This document shows, one piece after another, positions 9,230-18,867 of a DNA stretch of 64,000 nucleotides (its first letter is position 1; each line of letters begins with the position of its first letter). Origin of the DNA: Vicinamibacteria bacterium (GTDB lineage Bacteria; Acidobacteriota; Vicinamibacteria; Marinacidobacterales; Marinacidobacteraceae); contig OY821641.1 in NCBI GenBank assembly GCA_963555995.3, positions 2,752,001 through 2,816,000 on the forward strand, written 5' to 3'. Below the pieces are notes generated by a model, which was given only the letters and a program-made list of their open reading frames with translations, searched no databases and had not been told where the DNA came from. The translations under genes and the position numbers were made by a program.

Positions 9230-11014
9230 TCAGGCGTAGAGCGCTTCGATGAGGTCGGCGTACCGCTCCGCCACCACCCGGCGCTTCACCTTCATCGTCG
9301 GCGTCAACTCCCCGCTCTCGATGGTGAAGGCCGCCGTCACCACGGCGATCTTCTTGACCTGCTCGAAGGAGGCGAGTCCTTCGCTCAGCCGGTTGATCTC
9401 GGCCATCAGGTGGGCCTGGACCCGCTCGTCGCCGGCCATCGCCTCCGGACTGTCGGCCGGGATTTCCTCGCCTTCGCACCACCTCCCGAGCTGCTCGAAG
9501 TCCGGCGCCACGAGCGCCGAGAGGTACGGCTTGCCATCGCCGACCATCACCAATTCGGCGATATAGACGCTCGACTTCAGCGTTCCCTCGATCGGTTGCG
9601 GGGCGACGTTCTTGCCCCCCGCGGTAACGAGCAGGTCCTTCTTGCGGTCCGTGATGCGCAGGAAGCCGTCCTCGTCGAACTCCCCGACGTCGCCGGTGTG
9701 GAACCAACCGTCCACGATGGCTTCGTTCGTAGCCGCCTCGTTCCCGAAGTAGCCCTTCATCACGTTGTGGCCGCGGCAGAGGATCTCTCCGTCCTCGGCG
9801 ATCTTGACGTCCACGCCGCGGATCGGGAGCCCCACGGTGCCGAACCGGAAGCGGTCCCGCCGGTTCACGGTGATGACGGGGGAGGTCTCGGTGAGGCCGT
9901 AGCCCTCGATCACGACCCAGCCCGCCGCCAGGAAGAACTCGGCGACATCGCGGGGCAGCGCCGCTCCTCCGGAGACGAACAGGCCCATGCGGCCGCCCAT
10001 GCGGGCGTGGAGCTTGCTGAAGACCAGCTTGGTCGCGAGGCCGTACTTGAACTTCAGGCCCGCCGGCACCGGGGCGCCTGCCTGGCGGTGCTTGCCCACC
10101 GCGTACCCGACCGAGAACGCCCAGTGGAAGATCTTCTGCTTCAGGGGGCTGCCGGCCGCCGCCGATTCGAGGACCTTGTCCCGCATCTTCTCGTAGAAGC
10201 GCGGCACGCACGCCATCACGGTGGGATGCACCTCGCCGATGTTCTGGACCAGGGTGTCCATGCTCTCGGCGATGGCGATGGTCACCCCGGCGTGGGGGTA
10301 GAGGTAGTGCGCCACCATGCGGGCGAACACATGGCTGTAGGGCAGCACCGAAATCGCCCGCTCGTCCGAAGAAAACGTGATCGCCTCGTGGGCGGCGAGG
10401 GTGTTCTGGACCAGGTTCTGCTGGGTCAGCATCACGCCCTTCGGGTTCCCGGTGGTTCCCGAGGTGTAGATGAGCGTGGCCACGTCGTCCCCGGAGACCG
10501 CTTCCGCCAGCCGCTGGGGAGCTCCGGAGTCCACCGAGCGGGCGCTCTTGCCGGCGTCCACCACGACCGACCAGGGCTGAAATCCGGAGTCCGCCGCCGG
10601 CGAATCCAGGGTGAACACCATCTCGACGTCGGGCAGGTCATCCCGGACCGCGGCGATCTTCGTCTGCTGTTCCGCGGTAGAGGCGATCACCACCCGCGCC
10701 CGCGAGTCCCGGATGATGTAGGCCGCCTGCTGCGCGGTCAGGGTCGGGTAGATCGGAACCGTGACCGCGCCCAGGATCTGGAGCCCCGCCTCGATGGTGA
10801 ACCACTCGAGCCGGTTCTCGGACAGCAGCACCACCCGGTCTCCCCGCTGCACACCGCGCACCGAGAGGCCGACCGCGGCGTCCCGCGCGGCATCGAGCCA
10901 CGCGGCGGACGAGAGCTTCTTCCACTCGCCGTCCTGTTTGTGGAGGATGGCGTCTGCCTTGTCGTGCCGCTCGCACGCAGCGGCGAAGAGCTGGTTGAGG
11001 GTCTGGGCTTCCAT
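9230..11014 (-). CDS. Long-chain fatty-acid--CoA ligase (AMP-dependent synthetase)
   Basis: IYTSGTTGNPKGV, EGYGLTETSP, GWFHTGD, ITDRKKDL, GELTPTMKVKR. Confidence 0.93.
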   Translation of the reverse strand: MEAQTLNQLFAAACERHDKADAILHKQDGEWKKLSSAAWLDAARDAAVGLSVRGVQRGDRVVLLSENRLEWFTIEAGLQILGAVTVPIYPTLTAQQAAYIIRDSRARVVIASTAEQQTKIAAVRDDLPDVEMVFTLDSPAADSGFQPWSVVVDAGKSARSVDSGAPQRLAEAVSGDDVATLIYTSGTTGNPKGVMLTQQNLVQNTLAAHEAITFSSDERAISVLPYSHVFARMVAHYLYPHAGVTIAIAESMDTLVQNIGEVHPTVMACVPRFYEKMRDKVLESAAAGSPLKQKIFHWAFSVGYAVGKHRQAGAPVPAGLKFKYGLATKLVFSKLHARMGGRMGLFVSGGAALPRDVAEFFLAAGWVVIEGYGLTETSPVITVNRRDRFRFGTVGLPIRGVDVKIAEDGEILCRGHNVMKGYFGNEAATNEAIVDGWFHTGDVGEFDEDGFLRITDRKKDLLVTAGGKNVAPQPIEGTLKSSVYIAELVMVGDGKPYLSALVAPDFEQLGRWCEGEEIPADSPEAMAGDERVQAHLMAEINRLSEGLASFEQVKKIAVVTAAFTIESGELTPTMKVKRRVVAERYADLIEALYA

Positions 11015-11097
11015 GGAACACCTCCGAACCCGTGATCTTATTCAACTGGGGTCGGACCAGCGTTCCCCGGTACCGGGCCCGACGGCGCCCCCGGCTT

Positions 11098-11145
11098 GGA
11101 ACGCCGGTCTCCAGACCGGCACAGCGGCGCTCCGCGCCGCGCACG
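11098..11145 (+). repeat. REP-like palindrome, type A
   Basis: GGAACGCCGGTCTCCAGACCGGCAC followed by GCGGCGCTCCGCGCCGC. Confidence 0.85.
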
Positions 11146-11358
11146 GCGCCGCGCGCCTCCACTTCACGACGAACCGGCTCCCAACCCCGAACCCCCCCGG
11201 GCGATCCCCCCATGCTCGACCAGCGTGCCGCTTTTCGTCCGGTGACGCCCTGAAAAAGGCGCTCCGGGGACGCTGATCGGGGCCGCCGGGAGGGTCCTGC
11301 CGGAGACCGCTGCCCCTCGGGAGACCAGCCGCCCGGTCTGCTAGGATGCCCGGCTCAA

Positions 11359-12288
11359 ATGCCGGACAGCCCCGCCCCGGCCGGCGCCAGCAGCGACAAC
11401 CGTCCGGGACCCCAGGTGCCGCAGGGCCTCTTCGTACGGTGCGAGGGGTGTTCGGAAATCGTCTACGGGCGGGCGCTCCGGGAGAATCTCGAGGTCTGCC
11501 CGCGCTGCGATTTCCACCTGCGGCTCGGGGCGCGCGAGCGCATCGAGATGCTGGTTGACGAGGGGGTCTATCGGGAGATTTCCGCAGGCATCCGCTCCAA
11601 CGATCCCCTCCGCTTCCGCGACCGGGTGGACTATGCCGACCGGCTCCGCAGGGGCGCCGAAAAGACCGGTCTCGACGACGCCGTCATCGTGGTGCGCGCC
11701 GAGATCGAGCGCACACCGGTCGTCCTCGCCGTCATGGAGTACGCGTTCATCGGCGGCAGTATGGGCGTGGTGGTGGGCGAGCAGATCACCCGCGCGGTGG
11801 AAGCGGCCTGCGAGGCGCGGATCCCCCTGATCGTGGTTTCCTGTTCGGGCGGCGCCCGGATGCAGGAAGGCGCGCTCTCGCTCATGCAGATGGCCAAGAT
11901 CTCGTCGGCGCTCGCGGTGCTGGACGATGCGGGTCTGCCCTACATCTCGATACTCACCCATCCGACGACCGGGGGTGTCACGGCGAGCTACGCGATGCTC
12001 GGTGACATGAACCTTGCGGAGCCCGGAGCGCTGATCGGCTTCGCCGGTCCCCGCGTGATCCAGCAGACGATCCGCGGCGAACTGCCTCCCGGCTTCCAGC
12101 GTTCCGAATTCCTGCTCCGCCACGGGATGCTCGACCGGGTGGTCCACCGCCGGGACCTGCGCGGTGTGCTGGGCGGTTTCCTGCGATTCATGTACGAACC
12201 CGCCGAAGCCGCGGCTTCGGTGGAGAAGGACGCCGCCGCCACGGTGCAGACCGCACCGGAGCCGGCGCTCGTCCGCACCGCCCGGTAG
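11359..12288 (+). CDS. accD: Acetyl-CoA carboxylase carboxyltransferase beta subunit
   Basis: C4 zinc finger (CEGC...CPRC), FIGGSMG, SGGARMQEG, PTTGGVTAS, IGFAGPRVI, FQRSEFL. Confidence 0.97.
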   Translation: MPDSPAPAGASSDNRPGPQVPQGLFVRCEGCSEIVYGRALRENLEVCPRCDFHLRLGARERIEMLVDEGVYREISAGIRSNDPLRFRDRVDYADRLRRGAEKTGLDDAVIVVRAEIERTPVVLAVMEYAFIGGSMGVVVGEQITRAVEAACEARIPLIVVSCSGGARMQEGALSLMQMAKISSALAVLDDAGLPYISILTHPTTGGVTASYAMLGDMNLAEPGALIGFAGPRVIQQTIRGELPPGFQRSEFLLRHGMLDRVVHRRDLRGVLGGFLRFMYEPAEAAASVEKDAAATVQTAPEPALVRTAR

Positions 12289-12311
12289 AGCCGGCGACCC
12301 CTTCCGCTTCG

Positions 12312-12498
12312 CTAGTAGCCTGTGGACAAAGTGACGGGAGCACCGAGAACGGTGAGGCGCCCGGCTGACAAGGCGCGTGAGGGAGGAATACCAGGTGTAT
12401 TCCGACCGAAACGCAACGATGAGGGCCGCATTGCGGCCCGGTTCAGGCGGGATGCATCGCCGTTCGAATGCCGCGTGACTTTGTCCACAGGCTGCTAG
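12312..12498 (+). mobile_element. MITE-like element 3 between accD and folC
   Basis: CTAG-TAGCCTGTGGACAAAGT ... ACTTTGTCCACAGGCTG-CTAG with the same core as elements 1 and 2; it abuts the folC ATG. Confidence 0.75.
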
Positions 12499-13905
12499 AT
12501 GCGCTACGAGGAGGCGCTCGCTTTCCTGAAGAGCCGCGAGCAGTTCCACGTCAAGGTGGGAACCCGGAACATCCGGCTGCTCGCCCGGGCGCTCGGCCAC
12601 CCCGAGCACCGGTTCCCGGCGGTGGTGGTCGCGGGGACGAACGGCAAGGGTTCCACGGTCGCCGTTCTGGACTCGATCCTCCGGGCCCACGGGCTGCGGG
12701 TGGGCCGCTTCACCTCGCCCCATCTCGTTTCCATCAGCGAGCGCATCCTGGTGGACGGCCGCCAGCTTCCGGACGACGAGTTCGCAGGCCTGATCCATGA
12801 CATCGCCGGTGCGGCCGAGGGCCTGCCGCCGGATCAGCAGCCGTCGTTCTTCGAGACCATCACCGGGGCCGCCTTCCTCGCCTTCGCCCGGCACGAGGTG
12901 GACGCGGCCGTCTTCGAGGTCGGGATGGGCGGGCGGTGGGACGCCACGACCGCGACCGACGCGCCGCTCGGGCTCGTGACCCGCATCGCGCTGGATCACG
13001 AGCGCTATCTGGGCCGGACGGTGCGCGAGATCGCCGGCGAGAAGGGGGCGGTGGCGCGGCCCGGCGGTGAACTGCTGGTCGCCCGGCAGGAACCCGAGGC
13101 GGCCGAGGTTCTGAGAGCCAGCGCCCGGGACCGCGGCGCCCGCTTCCGGGACGTGGCCCGGGAAACGACCCTGGACTTCACGGTCCACCGAACGGGCGCC
13201 GCCGGGACCCTTTCGACCCCCGTAGCGGCCTACGACGAGCTCTGGTTGCCGCTTCCCGGCGGGCATCAGTTGGACAACCTGGCGCTCGCGGTCCGGGGAG
13301 CGGAGCGGCTCTTCGCCCGAGAGGGACTCGGCAGCCTCGACCCGGTCCGGGTCCGGCAGGGCGTCTCCGCGGTCCGGTGGCCCGGACGGCTGGAATGGCT
13401 GCCCGCCGACGAAGGCCGCCCACGCCTCCTCCTCGACGCGGCCCACAACCCGAGCGGCGCCGAACGACTCTCGGAGTACCTGGACACGCTGGGGCGGAAC
13501 GGGCAGCGGGTACTGGTCTTCGGGGCCAGTCGCGACAAGCGGGTCGAGGAGATGCTGGCGCCGCTCGCGCCGCACTTCCAGCGGGTGCTGCTGACCGCCG
13601 CGGCCACCCGGCGCGCGCTCCCGACCGCCGACCTGAAGGCGAGCGCGGAGCGCGTGTTCGCCGGAAACGGCGCCCGCGCGGAAGCCGTCGAGGACGTGCC
13701 GCAAGCGCTCGCCAAGGCGTACCGGCTTGCCGGCCGGCAGGGCGAGGTGGTGATCGCCGGCTCCATCTTCCTCCTCGGGGACGCCCTTCGGGAGCTCCGC
13801 GGGGAGCGAGCCGAGAGCAACGATGCGGACGTGATCGAGATGCCCGTGCTCCCGACGGAACCGTCCGGCCAGACCGGGACCGAGCGGCGGTCTTCCGCCG
13901 CCTGA
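12499..13905 (+). CDS. folC: Folylpolyglutamate synthase/dihydrofolate synthase
   Basis: VAGTNGKGS, FTSPHL, SFFE, EVGMGGRWDAT, WPGRLE, LDAAHN, AGSIFLLG. Confidence 0.95.
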   Translation: MRYEEALAFLKSREQFHVKVGTRNIRLLARALGHPEHRFPAVVVAGTNGKGSTVAVLDSILRAHGLRVGRFTSPHLVSISERILVDGRQLPDDEFAGLIHDIAGAAEGLPPDQQPSFFETITGAAFLAFARHEVDAAVFEVGMGGRWDATTATDAPLGLVTRIALDHERYLGRTVREIAGEKGAVARPGGELLVARQEPEAAEVLRASARDRGARFRDVARETTLDFTVHRTGAAGTLSTPVAAYDELWLPLPGGHQLDNLALAVRGAERLFAREGLGSLDPVRVRQGVSAVRWPGRLEWLPADEGRPRLLLDAAHNPSGAERLSEYLDTLGRNGQRVLVFGASRDKRVEEMLAPLAPHFQRVLLTAAATRRALPTADLKASAERVFAGNGARAEAVEDVPQALAKAYRLAGRQGEVVIAGSIFLLGDALRELRGERAESNDADVIEMPVLPTEPSGQTGTERRSSAA

Positions 13906-13937
13906 CCGGTCGGTACACTCCGGCCCGCTCACGCCCG

Positions 13938-14303
13938 ATGCGTCTCTCCCACCACTTCGGCCTCACCCTGCGCGAAGCCCCCGCCGGAAGGGAACGCCGG
14001 TCTTCAGACCGGCAATGCGGCCCGAAGGGCCGCGAATATCCACGGCAATCAGCTTCTCTGACCGCGACTCTGGAAAACCCCACCGCCCACCCCTGATGCG
14101 TCTCTCCCGCCACTTCGGCCTCACCCTGCGCGAAGCCCCCGCCGGAAGGGAACGCCGGTCTTCAGACCGGCACTGCGGCCCGAAGGGCCGCGAATATCCA
14201 CGGCAATCAGCTTCTCTGACCGCGACTCTGGAAAACTCCGCCGCCCACCCCTGATGCGTCTCTCCCGCCACTTCGGCCTCACCCTGCGCGAAGCCCCCGC
14301 CGG
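13938..14303 (+). repeat. 158-bp tandem duplication (two full units plus the proS 5' end), each unit containing a REP
   Basis: Units start at ATGs 13938, 14096 and 14254. The first ~50 nt of proS occur three times. REP copies at 13991 and 14149. About 4 mismatches between units. Confidence 0.95.
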
Positions 14304-16020
14304 CATCGAAGCCGAGAGTCACCGGCTGCTGCTGCGCGCCGGTTTCATCAGGCAGCTCGGCCAGGGTCTTTATTCCTACCTGCCGCTCGCGCACCGGTCC
14401 ATCACCCGCATCGAGAACATCCTGCGGGAGGAGATGAACCGGATCGGCGGTCAGGAGATGACCATGCCGGTCGTCCATCCGGCCGAGATCTGGCGCCGCT
14501 CGGGACGCTACGACGCCGTCGGGCCGGAGATGGCGCGCTTCAAGGACCGCAAGAACAGCGACCTCGTGCTCGCCATGACCCACGAAGAGGTGGTGGCCGA
14601 CCTCTGCCGGAGCGAGATCCGCTCCCACCGGCAGCTCCCCCAACTGGTCTACCACATCCAGACCAAGTTCCGGGACGATCCGCGGCCCCGGGCGGGACTG
14701 ATCCGGGTGCGCGAGTTCACCATGAAGGACTCCTACACCCTCGACCACGACGCCGAGGGTCTGGAGCGGCAGTACCGCGCCCACTATGAGGCCTACTTCC
14801 GCATCTTCTGGCGCTGCGGGCTGCCCACGATCGCCGTCGGTTCCGACGTCGGCATGATGGGCGGCAGTCAGGCGCACGAGTTCATGTACCTGACGCCGGT
14901 GGGCGAGGACACCCTGGTCCTCTGCGGCGCCTGCGGCTACTCGGCGAACCGCCAGATCGCCCGCTTCGCCAAGCCCCCGGCGGAGCCGGAGGCCCCGTTG
15001 CCGCTCGAGCGGGTCGCCACCCCGGGCGCCCGCACGATCGCGGAACTCAGTGCGTTCCTGGAGATCCCCGCCGCCCGCACCGCGAAGGCGGTGTTCCTCA
15101 CGGCGGGGCTCGACGGCGGCGTCCGGGAGGAGCTCGTGGTCGCGATCATCCGCGGCGACCTGGACGTCAACGAGACCAAGCTCGCGAACGCGGTCGGCGC
15201 CTCGTGGCTCCGCCCGGCGGAAGACGACGCGATTCGGAACGCCGGGGCGACCCCGGGCTACGCCTCCCCGATCGGGCTCACCTCGGGCACGGTGGTGGTG
15301 GACGACTCGATCCCCGCCTCCCCGAACCTGGTCGCGGGCGCGAACGAACCGGACGTGCACTTCCGGAACGTGAACGCGGGCCGGGACTACGACCCGGGGC
15401 TCGTCACCGATATCGCGGTAGCGGAGGATGGCCATTGTTGCGTCAGGTGTGGGAAGCCGCTCCGCACCTCCCGCGGCGTCGAGGTCGGCAACATCTTCCA
15501 GCTCGGCACCCGCTACGGCGACGCCGCCGGAGCGCGCTTCCTCGACGACGAGGGGGTCGAGCGTCCCCTCTGGATGGGTTCCTACGGCATCGGCTCGGGC
15601 CGGCTGCTGGCCTGCGTCGCCGAAGAACACCGCGACGAGCACGGTCTCCGCTGGCCGATGAGCGTGTCCCCCTACGACGTCCACCTCATCCCGCTGGTCG
15701 GCCGCTCCGCCGACGACGCGGCGGGCGCGCAGGCGGAGCGTCTCCACGACGAACTCCAGGCCGCCGGGCTCGAGGTGCTGCTCGACGACCGCGACGAGCG
15801 CGCGGGGGTGAAGTTCGCGGACGCCGACCTGATCGGGATTCCACTGCGGGTGGTGGTTTCGGGCCGCTCTCTGGGCCGGGGCGGCGCGGAGGTCCGGATC
15901 CGGGGTGAACGGGAATCGGAAATCGTCCCGCTCGAGAACCTCGCCCAAGACCTCACCGCACGCCGGACCGCACTGCTGGACCGGATCGAGGAAGCCGTCC
16001 GGGTCCCGGAACTCGGCTGA
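14254..16020 (+). CDS. proS: Proline--tRNA ligase (bacterial type with INS editing domain)
   Basis: SHRLLLRAGFIRQ, MTHEE, QTKFRDDPRPRAGLIRVREFTMKDSY, EVGNIFQLGTRY, MGSYGIG, GVKFADADLIGIP. Confidence 0.98.
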   Translation: MRLSRHFGLTLREAPAGIEAESHRLLLRAGFIRQLGQGLYSYLPLAHRSITRIENILREEMNRIGGQEMTMPVVHPAEIWRRSGRYDAVGPEMARFKDRKNSDLVLAMTHEEVVADLCRSEIRSHRQLPQLVYHIQTKFRDDPRPRAGLIRVREFTMKDSYTLDHDAEGLERQYRAHYEAYFRIFWRCGLPTIAVGSDVGMMGGSQAHEFMYLTPVGEDTLVLCGACGYSANRQIARFAKPPAEPEAPLPLERVATPGARTIAELSAFLEIPAARTAKAVFLTAGLDGGVREELVVAIIRGDLDVNETKLANAVGASWLRPAEDDAIRNAGATPGYASPIGLTSGTVVVDDSIPASPNLVAGANEPDVHFRNVNAGRDYDPGLVTDIAVAEDGHCCVRCGKPLRTSRGVEVGNIFQLGTRYGDAAGARFLDDEGVERPLWMGSYGIGSGRLLACVAEEHRDEHGLRWPMSVSPYDVHLIPLVGRSADDAAGAQAERLHDELQAAGLEVLLDDRDERAGVKFADADLIGIPLRVVVSGRSLGRGGAEVRIRGERESEIVPLENLAQDLTARRTALLDRIEEAVRVPELG

Positions 16021-16040
16021 CGGCCGGGAACGGAGGATCC

Positions 16041-17456
16041 GTGTTCCAATCCGTCTCCGTCCCGCTTCCCGTTCTCGCGGTGCTGGCGGCGGGATGCCTC
16101 TACGGGTTGATCGTCCGTCCGCTCTGGCGGCGGCGGCGGGAGCGCCGCCACACCCACGCCTTCCACGAGGCGCAGGGGCGGCTGGCCATCCAGCCCTCGG
16201 CGTTCCAACTCCTCAAGCCGACCAGCGCCGCCGACCTCCTGATGGTGGATCCCGGGGTCCAGGAGGCGATCCTGCAGGAGGTGGAGACGACCGGGACCGA
16301 CCAGTGCGACGTGCTGGTGACGGCGCGGGAATACGCGCGCGAGATCGTCCCCTCGCTCAGTGCCGGTTTCTATTTCCGCCTGATCCAAGGTCCCCTGAAG
16401 CGCCTGCTCCTGCAACTCTTCCGGGTCCGGGTCCGCTACCTGGACGAAGCGGCGATCGTGCAGGCGGCCAGGACCTCGACCCCGGTCTTCGTCCTCAACC
16501 ACCGCAGCAACCTCGACTACGTCATCGCCGCGACCTCCCTCGCCGACCGGGCCATCCTGTCCTTCGCGGTGGGCGAGTGGGCGCGCTACTGGCCGCTCGA
16601 AGGGCTGCTGCGCGCCCTCGGCGGTTTCTTCGTGCGCCGGGGATCGGGGAACCCCCTCTACCGGGCGGTGCTCGCGGCCCACGTGAAGAGCGCCACCCGC
16701 GCCGGGGTCCCGCAGGCGTTCTACATCGAGGGACGCCTCTCGGAGGACGGGAGGCTGCGCAGTCCCCGGCTCGGCCTGCTCGACTACACGGTCCGGTCGT
16801 TCGACCCCGAAACGGGTCGCGACGTGGCGTTCGTGCCCGTGGCGGTGAACTACGACCGGATCATCGAGGACAGGAACCTCCAGATCATGAAGGCGAGCGG
16901 CAGGCGCACCTCGCGGGGGGCGTCGTGGCGAGGCACCGCGGCGTTTCTCGGCCACCAGCTCTGGCTCCGCCTGAGCCGCCGCCGAAAACCCTTCGGCCAC
17001 GCGACCCTCAGCGTCGGCGCCCCCGTGTCCCTCCGGGCGTGGCTCGCCACCCGGGACTTCGACCCGCGCGACGCCGGCCGCGAGGAACGTTTCGCCGAAG
17101 TGCAACTGCTGGCCGACCACCTCATGGAGCGCATCGCCGGCATCATGCCGGTGCTCCCGGTCCCGCTCATGGCGGCGGTCCTGCGCGACCGGGGGAACGA
17201 GGGAATCACGAGGGCCGAAGCGCGCGCCGCCGCCTTCGAGATCCTCGAGTCCCTCGAAGCCCGTCCCGGCGAGCCCGACATCCCCCGCGCGGACTGGGAG
17301 CCGGCCGTCGAACTGGGCCTGCAACTCCTGATGCAGCGACACCTGGTCCAAACCGAACGGGACCGGCTCACCATCCCCGAGCCGCGCCGCCACTTCGTGG
17401 ACTACTACGCCAACTCCATCCGCCACCTCATCCCGGCGCGATCCGCCGCACCTTAG
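16041..17456 (+). CDS. PlsB-like glycerol-3-phosphate acyltransferase family protein
   Basis: NHRSNLD (HX4D), GGFFVRR, FYIEGRLSEDG, FVPVAVNYDRIIE; N-terminal membrane anchor. Confidence 0.8.
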   Translation: MFQSVSVPLPVLAVLAAGCLYGLIVRPLWRRRRERRHTHAFHEAQGRLAIQPSAFQLLKPTSAADLLMVDPGVQEAILQEVETTGTDQCDVLVTAREYAREIVPSLSAGFYFRLIQGPLKRLLLQLFRVRVRYLDEAAIVQAARTSTPVFVLNHRSNLDYVIAATSLADRAILSFAVGEWARYWPLEGLLRALGGFFVRRGSGNPLYRAVLAAHVKSATRAGVPQAFYIEGRLSEDGRLRSPRLGLLDYTVRSFDPETGRDVAFVPVAVNYDRIIEDRNLQIMKASGRRTSRGASWRGTAAFLGHQLWLRLSRRRKPFGHATLSVGAPVSLRAWLATRDFDPRDAGREERFAEVQLLADHLMERIAGIMPVLPVPLMAAVLRDRGNEGITRAEARAAAFEILESLEARPGEPDIPRADWEPAVELGLQLLMQRHLVQTERDRLTIPEPRRHFVDYYANSIRHLIPARSAAP

Positions 17457-17500
17457 GAAGACCCGGCCAGCCTCCACGGGCCACGGTCGCGCAACGGCCT

Positions 17501-17542
17501 GGAACGCCGGTCTCGAGACCGGCACGCGCGGCGCGCCGCGCA
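17501..17542 (+). repeat. REP-like palindrome, type A
   Basis: GGAACGCCGGTCTCGAGACCGGCAC between convergent genes. Confidence 0.85.
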
Positions 17543-17621
17543 CGTCGCAACGCTATGCGCCGAAAGGAGGTAGCCGGAGACGTCTTCTTCGACGAATCTC
17601 CAGTAGATAGGACGCGAGGCT

Positions 17622-18866
17622 TCAGGCGGGTGAAGAGTTCCGGGTGATCCTGGGCAGTCGCCCGTAGGTCAGCGTCCGCCAGAGCCACTCCAGTGGGCCG
17701 TAGGAGTACCGGCGCACCCAGATCGGGGAGAGCCAGAGCTGGAGCGCCCACACCGCGAAGACGATCAGGAGCTGCTGATAGCGCTCGGCGCTCCCGAAGA
17801 GGCCGAGTCCGTGGCCGTAGAAGATCGTCGTACAGAGGACCGTCTGGAGCAGGTAGTTGGTGAAGGCCATCCGGCCCACCGCCGCCAGCCGCGCCTGGAG
17901 ACCCGGCAGGAAGCCGCGGCGAACGGCGAGCATCACGAGTCCGAGGTAGCCGAGCGCCACCGGGATGCATCCCCACGAGTTGAAGAGGGTGCCGAAGAAC
18001 ATCGAACGCTGCCAAGCCCAGCCGCCCGCGAAGTTCCACCACATGCCGAAGGCCGCCAGCGGCAAGCCGGTCAGGAGTCCGATGGCGGCGAGCCGCCGGT
18101 AGAAACGGTCGTCCTTCGCCGCGCTCAGGACTCCCCACTTGTAGAGCGCCATGCCGATGCACATCAGGCCGCCGCAGAACCAGATGGCGAAGAACGGCAG
18201 CAAGCCGAGGTGGATTCCGAGCGCCTCTTCCGCCCGGACCGGCTGCTGTTCGCTCCAGCCGCCGCGATAGGCCGCGATCTCGGCTTCCAGTTGGGGGGCG
18301 TCGGGCTTCCATCCCCTCTCGACCTCGGAGATCGCTTCGTCCGGGACTTCGGGAAGCGTCAGCGCCGTTCCGCCGGCCACCAGGAACAGACTCGTCACCG
18401 TGAGCGAGGCCAATCCGGCGACCAGCAGCGTGCGCGGGCGGCGTCGCCGCAACAGATAGACGAGACACCCGCAGATCGCATAGGTCACGAGGATGTCCCC
18501 GGCCCAGAGCAGATAGGCGTGCGCGAGCCCGAACGCCAGCAGCCAACCCATGCGGCGGTAGTGCCACCCCGCGGGGCGGCCGCCCCGCGCTTCGATGCGA
18601 TCGGCGAAGAGGCAGACTCCCGCGCCGAACAGCATCGAGAACAGGCTCAGGAACTTCTGGCTGAAGAAGACGTGGGCGAACGTCCACACCCCGAGGTTGA
18701 TCCCGGTGAGGTCGCCGAACGCCGTCGGGTTCTGGTACGCCGCGGCCGGCATCGAGAAGAGCTGGATGTTCATCACCAGGATGCCGAGCAGCGCGAACCC
18801 GCGCAGCACGTCCAGGCTGGCGATCCGCCCGCCGGCCTCTACCGGATTCGCCGGGCGTTCGGTCAA
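17622..18866 (-). CDS. DUF418/YeiB family membrane protein
   Basis: RIASLDVLRGFALLGILVMNI, KFLSLFSMLFGAG, GDIL, VGRMAFTNYLLQT, GPLEWLWR. Confidence 0.9.
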   Translation of the reverse strand: MTERPANPVEAGGRIASLDVLRGFALLGILVMNIQLFSMPAAAYQNPTAFGDLTGINLGVWTFAHVFFSQKFLSLFSMLFGAGVCLFADRIEARGGRPAGWHYRRMGWLLAFGLAHAYLLWAGDILVTYAICGCLVYLLRRRRPRTLLVAGLASLTVTSLFLVAGGTALTLPEVPDEAISEVERGWKPDAPQLEAEIAAYRGGWSEQQPVRAEEALGIHLGLLPFFAIWFCGGLMCIGMALYKWGVLSAAKDDRFYRRLAAIGLLTGLPLAAFGMWWNFAGGWAWQRSMFFGTLFNSWGCIPVALGYLGLVMLAVRRGFLPGLQARLAAVGRMAFTNYLLQTVLCTTIFYGHGLGLFGSAERYQQLLIVFAVWALQLWLSPIWVRRYSYGPLEWLWRTLTYGRLPRITRNSSPA

Positions 18867-18867
18867 A

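Noticed and set aside
13905-14253. T-box riboswitch upstream of proS
   Set aside because: No T-box consensus (UGGNACC) or U-tailed terminator was seen; the region is explained by the 158-bp duplication.
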